Of a stretch of 64,000 nt of DNA, positions 1-9,120 are shown piece after piece. Numbering within the stretch: position 1 is the stretch's first letter; every line of letters begins with the position of its first letter. Source of the stretch: Planctomycetota bacterium (GTDB lineage Bacteria > Planctomycetota > PLA2 > JAEUHO01); NCBI GenBank assembly GCA_965222115.1, contig CBDCTJ010000007.1, positions 2,176,001-2,240,000 of the forward strand, read 5' to 3'. The notes under the pieces are model-generated. The model was not told the DNA's origin. It did not search any database and was given only the letters and a program-made list of their open reading frames with translations. The position numbers and the translations under genes are program-made.

Positions 1-1
1 G

Positions 2-265
2 GCTCTCGCGCGCCTTGATCCTGCAGGCGTCCCCGCGGCCACCGCGAACCGCCTCAAACACCTTGCCGTGGCAGGGAATAGGGGCTCACGGCGGACGGCG
101 GTCGGCTGGCTGGCACGGCGGGCAGGACAGGCGCAGCGCGAGCGGGAGGACACCCTTGATAGCCGCATTCGTGCCGCCGCGGGCTTTCCATCCCCCGCCG
201 ATCGACCCGATTGGATTGGGGGCCATGAACCGGCCTTGCAGGAGCACGAGCCCGAGGCAAGATAG
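2..265 (+). CDS. 3' end of a hypothetical (possibly HEAT-like) protein running in from the left edge
   Basis: Frame 2 is open from the window start (ALARLDPAGVPAATANRLKHLAVAGNRGSRRTAVGWLARR...) to TAG at 263-265. Confidence 0.45.
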   Translation, partial: ALARLDPAGVPAATANRLKHLAVAGNRGSRRTAVGWLARRAGQAQREREDTLDSRIRAAAGFPSPADRPDWIGGHEPALQEHEPEAR

Positions 266-328
266 CCCGCCCGGTTTTGCGCCCCTCGGACGGTCGAGGG
301 TGTCACCGGCCAGGAGCTTGAGACGCAC

Positions 329-538
329 ATGAGTGGCAACGGTGGATTCAAGCAGCGGCAGGTTGCCCTGCACAACAAGGCCAATCAGCGTCGCAAGAAG
401 GCGAAGGCCAACATTGCGCGCATCCGCAACCAGTTTGAGGAAAAGGGGCAGACCTGGGATCCGGTGAACGACAGCAATCAACTCGCTGCGCTCAATCACC
501 ACGCGCGCCGCTACGTCACGCGCGCCCGCAAACCCTAA
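329..538 (+). CDS. Small basic hypothetical protein (69 aa)
   Basis: ATG preceded by AGGAG ~13 nt upstream; GC3-rich codons; Lys/Arg-rich helical sequence. Confidence 0.6.
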   Translation: MSGNGGFKQRQVALHNKANQRRKKAKANIARIRNQFEEKGQTWDPVNDSNQLAALNHHARRYVTRARKP

Positions 539-923
539 CAGCCGCGCACCACGCTTACGCCGCCCGAAGAATCCGGGCAATCTCCCGCTGCGACCTACCG
601 ATCCAGTAGGGTGATGACGATGCCGTCACCCCGTCTCTGGTCACGAATCGAGTCCGAACTCCCGTTGCCCTGCACGTGGGGACCGTGGCGGGGCCCTGCA
701 CGTGCGGACGGCCTGCTGCCAATGGCTGGCAACTCCCAAAACTCATTATTCGCGCTCGTGTGGCGAATGCACACCGACGGTCAACGTCTCAACTCGATAT
801 CTCGCCACCTCGTAGGATCGAAAGCGCTTCGACTGACGTCTCGGGCAAGTCCCTGGTTTCGCGAAGGCCAGCCGGAGTACCCGCCTCTTCACCTGCGCCA
901 GTAAAAAGATATACAGTGTTGGC

Positions 924-1406
924 ATGCGTGTACTGGCATGTCTTCTAACACTCGCGGTGGCTTGGCACGCGATTGCCTGCAGCCAGGAGTCTGGCACGAC
1001 GACACCCACTGTCGATCTTGAAGCAATTCAATCCGACTTGGTTGCGACCAATCGACTGCGTTGGGAACGCGGTATCAAACAACTTGTGGATGGAGGCGCG
1101 GCACACGTTTCGCGGTGGTCCTCCTGGCTCACCCATGAGAATCGCGCTGTGCGCGAAGGCGTTGCCCATGCATTGGGCGACATCGCACCCCAAGACGAGT
1201 CGATCGTGGACGCGCTCATCAAGGCCTTTGACGACACCGACGACTACGTGCGTTGGAAGGCTGCGCGTGCGCTCGGACGCATCGGCAAACCCGCGAAGAA
1301 GGCACTGCCCATGCTTCGCATTGCTGCTAACGCCGAACGTGAAGCCGAAATCGTACGCGCCATTTGCAAGAAATCGGTGCGGGAGATCGAAGAAAGCTCG
1401 CGCTAA
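924..1406 (+). CDS. HEAT-repeat lipoprotein
   Basis: Signal peptide ending AIAC (lipobox-like); repeats VREGVAHALGDI and VRWKAARALGRIG. Confidence 0.8.
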   Translation: MRVLACLLTLAVAWHAIACSQESGTTTPTVDLEAIQSDLVATNRLRWERGIKQLVDGGAAHVSRWSSWLTHENRAVREGVAHALGDIAPQDESIVDALIKAFDDTDDYVRWKAARALGRIGKPAKKALPMLRIAANAEREAEIVRAICKKSVREIEESSR

Positions 1407-2962
1407 ACTTTTGCTGGTTCCGCCGGCTTGCCGAATGCGCTGTGGACTTGCGTCTTGAATCCCTGCACCGCCGTGCGCTGCATGTAAAACGCCAAGCCGC
1501 GAAGGCCGCCGAGTTCTTCGCCACCGCCGGCGCGGCCGGGACCGCCGTGAATCATGGCAGGGAGCACCATGCCGGGGGGCAGAGACTGCTCGGCCATGCG
1601 ATCGCTTCCGGCCCAAATGCGACCATGCCAGGGGGCCATCGCGCGCGTAGCCGTGGCCATGAAGTCGTTATCGTTGGAATAAAGGCTCGAAACGAGGCAT
1701 CCGAGGCCGCGATTGGTTATGCGTGCCGCAGCTTCCGCGCTGCCGTCATAGGGAAGGATCGTGGCGACCGGGCCAAATACTTCCTCGTCGTGAATGATGT
1801 CGACCATCGGGTCACTAGCCTGCAGCAACGTGGGCTTGACGAAATAGCCTTTGCCCTGAACAGCGTCGGATCCACCGCACAGTAAGTCTGTGGCCGCGGC
1901 GAGCTTGTCGATGCCCGCGCGCACATCGCGAAGTTGCGCTGCACTCGCAAGCGGTCCCATCGTCGTCGCTTTGTCGGCGGGATCACCCACAACAATAGCT
2001 TCAAGCTCGGCCAGCAAATCCGTACGCACTTCGTCCACGCGATCCGTGGGTACCAAGATGCGTCGTACCGCCGTGCACTTTTGGCCGGTCTTCTGACGCA
2101 TATCGAGCGCGACGTTTCGAACAAAAAGGCGATAGGTCTCACTGCTGCTATCGGCATCTGGACCGAGGATGGCTGCATTGAGCGAATCGGCTTCCACATT
2201 GAAGCGCACATTGTGACGCAACACGTTTTCATTGGACTTGAGCTTGAGCGCCGTCCACGACGAACCCGTAAACGCCACGCAGTCCTGATGCCGCAGCGCA
2301 TCCAGCATGCCGTCGGGAATGCCCACCAAGAATTGGAACGCACCCTCCGGAAGCAACTTGCTCTCTGCGGCAATCTGCGCAATGCGCCACGCAACCATGG
2401 CGGTGGGGGTGCCGGGTTTTTCCACGACGGGCATACCAGCCAGTAGCGCGCACGCGGCTTTCTCCATCATGTTCCATGCGGGAAAGTTGAACGCATTGAT
2501 GTGTAGCGCTGCGCCTTCCAGCGGAACGGCAATGTGTTGCCCCCAAAAACGCGCCGTACGTCCAAGCTGAATACCGTCGCCGTCGCTCATGAACCCGCGT
2601 TCGGGCATCGACTTGGCGAAGTGGGCATAGGCCGCGAGCGTGCCCGTGGCACCGTCGATGTCGAACTTGCTGTCTTTACGCGTGGTGCCTGCGTTCTTAA
2701 TGGAGAGATCGATCAACTCTTCGCGGTGCTCGTAGATGGCACCGGAGAGCGCCTTGAGCATGGCGCCGCGTTCGTGAAACGTCATGGCGCGAAGCGCAGG
2801 CCCGCCTTTGGTTCGCGCATAATCGAGTACGTCGCCCATGTTGATGCCGCTGGCATCGCACTCGGCGATCACGTCTTCCGTGGTTGCGTTGTGCAGCGAG
2901 CGTGCTTTGCCAGAACCGTTGTGCCACGAACCGAGAATGTAGCTGGTGAGGCGCGTCGTCAT
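1403..2962 (-). CDS. Aldehyde dehydrogenase, PaaZ-N/BoxD (3,4-dehydroadipyl-CoA semialdehyde dehydrogenase) family, no MaoC domain
   Basis: Motifs HINAFNFPAW, FTGS, NVEADSLN, GQKCTA (catalytic Cys), EEVFGPV, HGGPGRAGGGEELGG; start MTTRLTSY at 2962 has a GGAGA RBS. Confidence 0.88.
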   Translation of the reverse strand: MTTRLTSYILGSWHNGSGKARSLHNATTEDVIAECDASGINMGDVLDYARTKGGPALRAMTFHERGAMLKALSGAIYEHREELIDLSIKNAGTTRKDSKFDIDGATGTLAAYAHFAKSMPERGFMSDGDGIQLGRTARFWGQHIAVPLEGAALHINAFNFPAWNMMEKAACALLAGMPVVEKPGTPTAMVAWRIAQIAAESKLLPEGAFQFLVGIPDGMLDALRHQDCVAFTGSSWTALKLKSNENVLRHNVRFNVEADSLNAAILGPDADSSSETYRLFVRNVALDMRQKTGQKCTAVRRILVPTDRVDEVRTDLLAELEAIVVGDPADKATTMGPLASAAQLRDVRAGIDKLAAATDLLCGGSDAVQGKGYFVKPTLLQASDPMVDIIHDEEVFGPVATILPYDGSAEAAARITNRGLGCLVSSLYSNDNDFMATATRAMAPWHGRIWAGSDRMAEQSLPPGMVLPAMIHGGPGRAGGGEELGGLRGLAFYMQRTAVQGFKTQVHSAFGKPAEPAKV

Positions 2963-3085
2963 GGGGGTCTCCATCGCACTACAAGGTCGGCGGAGACTGT
3001 ATCGGGACGGCGCATGGCCGCGGACAATGGTCGGGGACATTGGCCGGGGACTTCGGCAGGGGACGTTGGCGCGGTGGGAGGGGCG

Positions 3086-4150
3086 CTACTTCTTTGGCGG
3101 CGGATCGTCCTTCGCGGGCTTGGGCGGCCACACGGGATTGTCCCTGCTGCTCATCGGTGGCTCGGCACGTGCCTCATGGCGCCAGTCCCGAATCACGAGA
3201 TAGCGTTCATGCAGCCGGCGCTCCCAGGTGTCATCGGGCAGTTCGTAGGCGACGGACCATATTGCGGAAGGCGGCATCACTGCGTCTGCGTGTTGGCGCA
3301 AACTGGGATCGGCCAATGCCTCGGCCACCCACGGATCGCGATGAAGAAAGTACTCGGCCAGTCGCCCGCGGCGTTGCTGCTGAAACGTGCGCTCGCGCTC
3401 GCCGCTCGGATACACCACACGTCGCGTCAGAATAGGCATGACGCCTTTGGCGATCGCGGCGCCGAGACTCTTGAGCATGGAAAAGGACGAGTCAAACGAA
3501 TCCGACGAGTGTGTAAGCATCGACACCCCGCCGATTCCAAGTTGCTCTTTACGATGGGGCAAGGCGAAGCGCTCATCGGCCGCCTTCTTGAGCGCGGGGT
3601 AGAGGCTCGCATCGTGTGGCGCAAGTGCATCGTAGAGCGTTTGATGCCAATGCAGCGCGTCTTCATCAAAGCCGTATGCGGGTGCAAGTTGCGTCGAGGC
3701 ATCCATGTGCCACGCCATTGCCGGGGTCGTCGTCACGGCGAAGCGCAAAACCACCATGATGGAAGGCGCGTACGGATTGCGGGGATGAATTGCTGCCGTG
3801 AACGTGGCATGTCCGCGATCGGGAACAACTTTGGGCGCCTCGCGCGTTGCATCCACCGGCGGCTTGCCATAGGTGAACACCAAGTGGGCGCGTTCCAGGG
3901 CGTTGCCGCCTTCCACAATGAGCCTGCGCGAATGCGGTGTGACATCTTTTTGCTTCTTGACCTTGGTCGGGAGCTTCTTCCCCTTGGCCGGCTTCTTGTC
4001 GCCGTCGTTCAGAAGCGGAGCCGCCTCCTGTTCGGGGGTGTCCGGATCCTCGAAGATGTGTTTACTGTCCAGCGTCTCTAGTGCTTTGCGGAGTTCGCCC
4101 TGGAGCTCAAACATCCAGGCGGCCACGTCTTCGAGATGGGACAGGCTCAT
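3086..4150 (-). CDS. Divergent coproporphyrinogen III oxidase (HemF-like) protein
   Basis: EGGNALERA, IHPRNPYAPS, YPALKKAADERFALPHRKEQLGIGG, QQQRRGR match HemF blocks, but several hallmark motifs are altered. Confidence 0.7.
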   Translation of the reverse strand: MSLSHLEDVAAWMFELQGELRKALETLDSKHIFEDPDTPEQEAAPLLNDGDKKPAKGKKLPTKVKKQKDVTPHSRRLIVEGGNALERAHLVFTYGKPPVDATREAPKVVPDRGHATFTAAIHPRNPYAPSIMVVLRFAVTTTPAMAWHMDASTQLAPAYGFDEDALHWHQTLYDALAPHDASLYPALKKAADERFALPHRKEQLGIGGVSMLTHSSDSFDSSFSMLKSLGAAIAKGVMPILTRRVVYPSGERERTFQQQRRGRLAEYFLHRDPWVAEALADPSLRQHADAVMPPSAIWSVAYELPDDTWERRLHERYLVIRDWRHEARAEPPMSSRDNPVWPPKPAKDDPPPKK

Positions 4151-4160
4151 TGGAGTCTCA

Positions 4161-4847
4161 CTACGAGCTTACCGTCGGCGCAATGCATCCGCGGAACCAC
4201 TCACCCATGTCGCGAATTTGAGGGGGACACACTTGGTGGCCCATCGGGTAGGTCTTCCACTCGGCATGATGTCCACGTGCTACAACTTGTTCGTATGCAT
4301 CGCGTCCACGGGTGGGTGGCACCATGTCGTCCATCTCTCCGTGGCAGTGTAGGAAAGGCGTCGTGAGATTTGCCTCGACGTGTTCGGTTGCAAGACTGTC
4401 GGCATCCACCATATAGGTCGAGAGACACATGACGCCGGCGAGTTTTTCGTCGAGTCGCAGCGCAACATGCAATGCGATGGCGCCGCCCTGCGAAAATCCA
4501 GCCATCACAATGCGCTCACTTGGGACGCCCACCGCACGTTCCCGTTCATAGAGACGCAAGACGTGATCGGCCGAAGCGCGCACGCCATCCAAGTCGTGGC
4601 GACGCTTGAGATCGAGCGTTGTAATGTCGTACCAAGCGGGCATGACGAAGCCGCCATTGATCGTCACGGGGATGGCGGGAGCGTGGGGGAATACGAATCG
4701 CACGCCCCAAGCATCGGGAATGCCCAGCTCGGGAACGATGGGCTCAAAGTCGTGACCGTTGGCGCCGAGTCCGTGTAGCCAAATCACCGACGACTGCACG
4801 GGCCCGCTGGGATTCACCTCTACGCATGGAAGGAGTTCGCTGCTCAT
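4161..4847 (-). CDS. Carboxylesterase / phospholipase (alpha/beta hydrolase)
   Basis: IWLHGLGA, PVTINGGFVMPAWYDI, GFSQGG nucleophile elbow, HGEMD, MGH. Confidence 0.92.
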   Translation of the reverse strand: MSSELLPCVEVNPSGPVQSSVIWLHGLGANGHDFEPIVPELGIPDAWGVRFVFPHAPAIPVTINGGFVMPAWYDITTLDLKRRHDLDGVRASADHVLRLYERERAVGVPSERIVMAGFSQGGAIALHVALRLDEKLAGVMCLSTYMVDADSLATEHVEANLTTPFLHCHGEMDDMVPPTRGRDAYEQVVARGHHAEWKTYPMGHQVCPPQIRDMGEWFRGCIAPTVSS

Positions 4848-4942
4848 CGCACTACAGTAGCGCATCCGCCGCGGAGCGACTCGCCTTCCGCCGGTCAAGA
4901 CGTTCGATTCGACACTGCACGCACATCCCCAAAACGAGACCG

Positions 4943-6121
4943 ATGGATCCCGAGTACCAGAGCGAAATCAACCGCGACGTGGCGCCCGCTGCCCCGGGAG
5001 AATTTGCGCCACTCTCGCTCGGTCCGCTATCCATTTGGCCGCCCGTTGTGCTTGCACCCATGGCGGGCGTGACCAACTATCCATTTCGCAAGCTTTGTAA
5101 GCGATTCGGCGCCGGTCTCTACGTGAGCGAAATGATCACCGCGCGTGGGCTGGTCGAGGGGAATCCCGGTGCACTCAAAATCGCCGGATTCGGTCCCGAT
5201 GAACATCCACGTTCGATTCAAATCTACGGTGTTGAGCCTCGCTCGCTCGCCGAGGCCACCAAGCGGCTTGTGGGTGAGGGCAAGGTCGATCATGTGGACA
5301 TGAACTTCGGTTGTCCGGTTCGTAAAGTCACCTCAAAGGGAGGCGGAAGTGCGATCCCCGCCAAGCCCAAGCTCCTTCGACGACTTGTACATGCCGTCAC
5401 GACAAACGCGGGGGACGTTCCCGTCACGATCAAGTTTCGGAAGGGCATCAACGACGACTACCTGACTTATCGTGAAAGCGGGAAGATTGGAGAAGGCGAA
5501 GGCTGCGCGGCCGTCGCCCTTCATGCCCGTACGGCTGCAGAGCTTTATAGCGGTCACGCCGATTGGAATGCCATCACTGACCTCAAGGAGCACGTTTCCA
5601 TTCCTGTGTGGGGCAATGGCGACATCTGGGAGGCACAAGACGCTCTGCGCATGATGCGCCAAACCGGCTGTGATGGCGTCGTGGTAGGTCGTGGCTGTTT
5701 GGGCCGTCCGTGGCTGTTCCGCGACTTGGCCGATATGATGGACGGTCGTGAACCTCGAAATCCGCCAAACTTTGGTGAGTGCATCGACATCATGCTGGAG
5801 CACGCGCAGCTACTCGCCGATTGGTTTGGCGAAACGCATGGCGTGCGCATGAATCGCAAATTCACGACGTGGTACACCAAGAGTTTCCCTGGCAGCGCCA
5901 AGCTCCGTCCGCTCATGATGCACGCCAACACCGTCGAAGAACTCCGCGCAGTGGTTGCCGATGTCGATCGTGACGAACCGTTTCCACCGGCGGGCATGCG
6001 GGTTCGTCGCGGAAAGACGTCTCGAACACAAACGGTGCATTTACCGGATGGGTATTTGGATACGTTGGATGATGATCGACCGCCTGGGAAGGCGGCGGGT
6101 GTGTTGGTGTCGGGGGGCTGA
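4943..6121 (+). CDS. dusB: tRNA-dihydrouridine synthase B
   Basis: LAPMAGVT, SEMI, DMNFGCP, IKFRKG, LHARTA, GNGDI, VGRGCLGRPW. Confidence 0.92.
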   Translation: MDPEYQSEINRDVAPAAPGEFAPLSLGPLSIWPPVVLAPMAGVTNYPFRKLCKRFGAGLYVSEMITARGLVEGNPGALKIAGFGPDEHPRSIQIYGVEPRSLAEATKRLVGEGKVDHVDMNFGCPVRKVTSKGGGSAIPAKPKLLRRLVHAVTTNAGDVPVTIKFRKGINDDYLTYRESGKIGEGEGCAAVALHARTAAELYSGHADWNAITDLKEHVSIPVWGNGDIWEAQDALRMMRQTGCDGVVVGRGCLGRPWLFRDLADMMDGREPRNPPNFGECIDIMLEHAQLLADWFGETHGVRMNRKFTTWYTKSFPGSAKLRPLMMHANTVEELRAVVADVDRDEPFPPAGMRVRRGKTSRTQTVHLPDGYLDTLDDDRPPGKAAGVLVSGG

Positions 6122-6434
6122 GGGGCGCCTCTTGGGAGAAGAAGGCTCTTACCAAGGGCACCAAGTCCTCCAAGCGCTGCCGGAGGCTGTGACGATCGCC
6201 GTCATCGTGTTGAACCATGCGGTGGGAGGAGAAGAAGAGCCGCGCGCAGAGACGCAGAGCGCAAGCGACGATGAGCGCGATACTCGCATTCGTGGAACGG
6301 ACTGCAAGCGGGTCGTTTTCGTAAGAAGAAGCTCACACGAAGAGCACCAAGAAACGAAGGCGCAAGCGTCGGGGAGCGTGTCTTGGCGAGGTTGTGCGAA
6401 TAGGGGGTGAGACGCTCTTTGAAGAAGATGCCCT

Positions 6435-6479
6435 CACCAAGGGCACCAAGGGCACCAAGGGCACCAAGGCCACCAAGCG
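6435..6479 (+). repeat. Tandem 9-bp repeat (CACCAAGGG x3 plus two variant copies), partial copy at 6151-6165
   Basis: Read directly from sequence. Confidence 0.9.
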
Positions 6480-6529
6480 CAGCCCGATGTTCGGTTACGG
6501 CGATCAATGGGAATGGTGCAGGAGAATGC

Positions 6530-6823
6530 GGCTCCGAAGGAGCCAAAGCTGGTAGCTAAGGGTGAGCGAGGCGAACCCTGTGATAGCGCAGCGGCGCGAA
6601 ATCCTGGGTTTACGTTCCCACCCCAAGGCACCGCCCTGAATGGGCGGCGGAGACGTGAACACGATTCCATTGTCTCCTTGCAGAGCCGAGCTCGCACAGC
6701 GTGAACGTTGTTGGCGGTTCTATCCGCATTGTTCTCGGCGGGACATAGGTCACGAAGTTGGTGGGAGAAAACGCGGCTCGGGATCCCTAGATCCCCCCAA
6801 ATTGTGCCGCCCTGAATGGGCGG
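6530..6823. repeat. REP-like palindrome cluster
   Basis: Hairpin GGCTCC-GAA-GGAGCC (6530-6544); GTAG followed by AGGGT...ACCCT; CCGCCCTGAATGGGCGG twice (6631-6647, 6807-6823). Confidence 0.6.
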
Positions 6824-6854
6824 TGGACTCGATCGAAACGTCAGTGGCGTGCAA

Positions 6855-8931
6855 TTACCGGACCCAAGGATAAATCGTGTACGGACCATCGCGGTTCACG
6901 ATGTCTTCTTCGTTCAGCTTGATGAAGTGAATCATGTCACGGTAGTCGTTTTCCTTGGGGAGCAGCTTTGCGAAGCGTTTTAGGCGCGCGATCTTGAGAT
7001 CGCGATCGACTGTGGTTTCGTCTTTGGCTTTGTCGATCAGTTCATCGAGTAGCAATGAAACGGCGGGTTTCCTACGCAGCGACTCGTCTCTAAGGTGATC
7101 GGCAATCATTGGTTCGGCGTCTTCAATCACGTCGAGGACGAACTGGAGGTTCGCCTTGGAGGGCGTGTCGACGTAGAGCCTCCACACCGCGCCCGCGATA
7201 CGCTTCGGTCCTCTCGGATCGTGTTCTCGAATGATCTCGAGCAGGGGTTGGCTTGGCTCCTTCGAGAACCGTATGAGTAGCGATTCCACCTCCGCATCGG
7301 ACATGGGAGAGAGATTGTCGAGTAACGTCCACGGCCCGGGCGATGGCAGGAGGCCTGATGCTAGCGTTGGCAATGAGTCGAAGAGTCGTTTCCGCTGAGT
7401 GGGGTCGCGATGCAACCACCATGCGCCCTCGAGCGCCACGCTCGGGCGCTTGTCTTGAATGAAGCGCAAGGAGGAGCAAGGACTGTTGCTTGCGACGTGC
7501 TGCCTCTATCGTGGCAATGACCGCATGATGTTCGGAGGGACCGTGAATCAGCCGTTTCAACTGGTCAGCGCGTAACGGAGCCATCGCAATGGCATCGATT
7601 ACGCGTTGTGCAAACTTCGCGTTTTCTGTTCTACGGGCCGCCAATACATAGAGTCGAATGAGCTCTGACTTGGCCGCGTCTCCCATAGATGCCAACGCAA
7701 TACATGCGACTCGCGCCGTGGTGCGACAGTCATCCTTGGGCTTGGCATCAACGCGATCCCCGTCGCCGTGAAGTGTTTCGAGAAGGTGCGCGAGCTCTGC
7801 CTTGGGTACGGCACGGAAGCTGGATAGAAGTTGTAAGGCGCAGCCACGAATGTCTCGATTTGGGTCCACGAGTAGACCCACCAGGCGGTCCCGGTAGTGG
7901 TCGATTGCCTCCGGGTACGGTGGGTCAAGCCAGCGCGTCAACTGGCATGCCTTGTTGCGCACCCCATCATCAACATCGAAGAGTGCATTCAAGCACGTGG
8001 TGAATGCCGCGGCCGAATGTCCCAAGTGACAGAGCTCGCCAATAGCCAGCCTACGAAACTCAGGATCGGCATCTCTGGCCAGCTTTACGAATGCGGAAGC
8101 CGTGTCGTGCTCAACGAAGTAGGAAAGACCTCGCGCGGCGGCTAGTCGAACAACTTTTTCCTCACCCGTCGCCAACATGAGTTGCGACAGTTGCGGTATG
8201 AACTGCTTCCAATCTCCTTGAGGAACTACCCATGCCGCCATTTGCCGCACCCGTGGATTCTTGTCCTGTAGGCGATTCCGTAACGCTTGTTCTACATCGA
8301 TTCCCCGGCGCTTGCTCGTGCTGGCAAGACATGCGGTTGCCATCATGCGAACGCGCCAGTCTTGATCCGTTGACAGCGTCAGAAGTGAGTCTTCACTTCC
8401 ATGCACCTGATCCCTGAGCATTCGTGCCAGAGTATCAAATGGTGCCTCAGTGCCGAACACAGCCACTTCGGGCACGCCCAGTCCATGAAGCACGATGAGA
8501 AGTGGGCGCCACCACGATTGATTCCAACGTATCGGTTGGTCGGGAGCCGAACGATTTAAACTCCTGGGCAGGCGAGCCGCCAAGAGTTCGATGGCGTACC
8601 CCATCAGGCCCTCATCACTTGAGCGCATATACGGCAAAAGAAACTCAAAACACGCTTGTCCCCCCGGCGCAAGATTGTCAACGGCCTCCATTGCCAGTTG
8701 TCGATACTTCTTCGGAATGCGGCCGTATGCCATGTGCGGAGCAACTCGCGACCAACCGAGTTTGGCGATCTTTACCCAGGCTTCATGCTCGCCTTTGTCC
8801 AACCGCTCAAGCAACGTTCGAACCGTCGTGGCGTCTTCTTCGTTCGTGGCTTCCTTCGCAGTTGCCTCGCCACCGAAGAACACCGACGCGACCGCGAATA
8901 TGAGCACAAACACTGGTACGCGGACTAGCAC
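6855..8931 (-). pseudogene. Secreted HEAT-repeat protein split by an apparent frameshift near 7470-7500
   Basis: ORF 7123-8931 has a signal peptide and HEAT repeats (DWRVRMMA, NPRVRQMAA, DPEFRRLA) and turns junk-like after QQSLLLL; overlapping ORF 6855-7469 continues with protein-like helical sequence. Confidence 0.65.
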
Positions 8932-9120
8932 GGTGGGTACTCCCAGCTACAGCTGGATTCTACTCCGACGCATTGGCGCCGTCGGCGGATTGGCGCAACA
9001 GGTCCGTTCGATATGCATTCTCGCCCCAAGGTTCGTTCGAAATTGCCCGAGCTATCCAAGACGCGCGCCGGAATGTTGCTAAGCTAACGGTGCGCACCGA
9101 GCGCGTCGGAGGAAGTTGCG

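Noticed and set aside
539-923. ORFs 611-904 and 676-948 in the gap before the HEAT lipoprotein
   Set aside because: No convincing RBS, motif or codon bias; treated as intergenic.
2534-4081. 515-aa plus-strand ORF
   Set aside because: Antisense shadow of the ALDH and HemF-like genes; no motifs; expected in high-GC DNA.
6202-6889. Minus-strand ORFs containing LGALGALGA or WCPWCPW repeats
   Set aside because: Translations of the 9-bp DNA tandem repeat rather than credible proteins.
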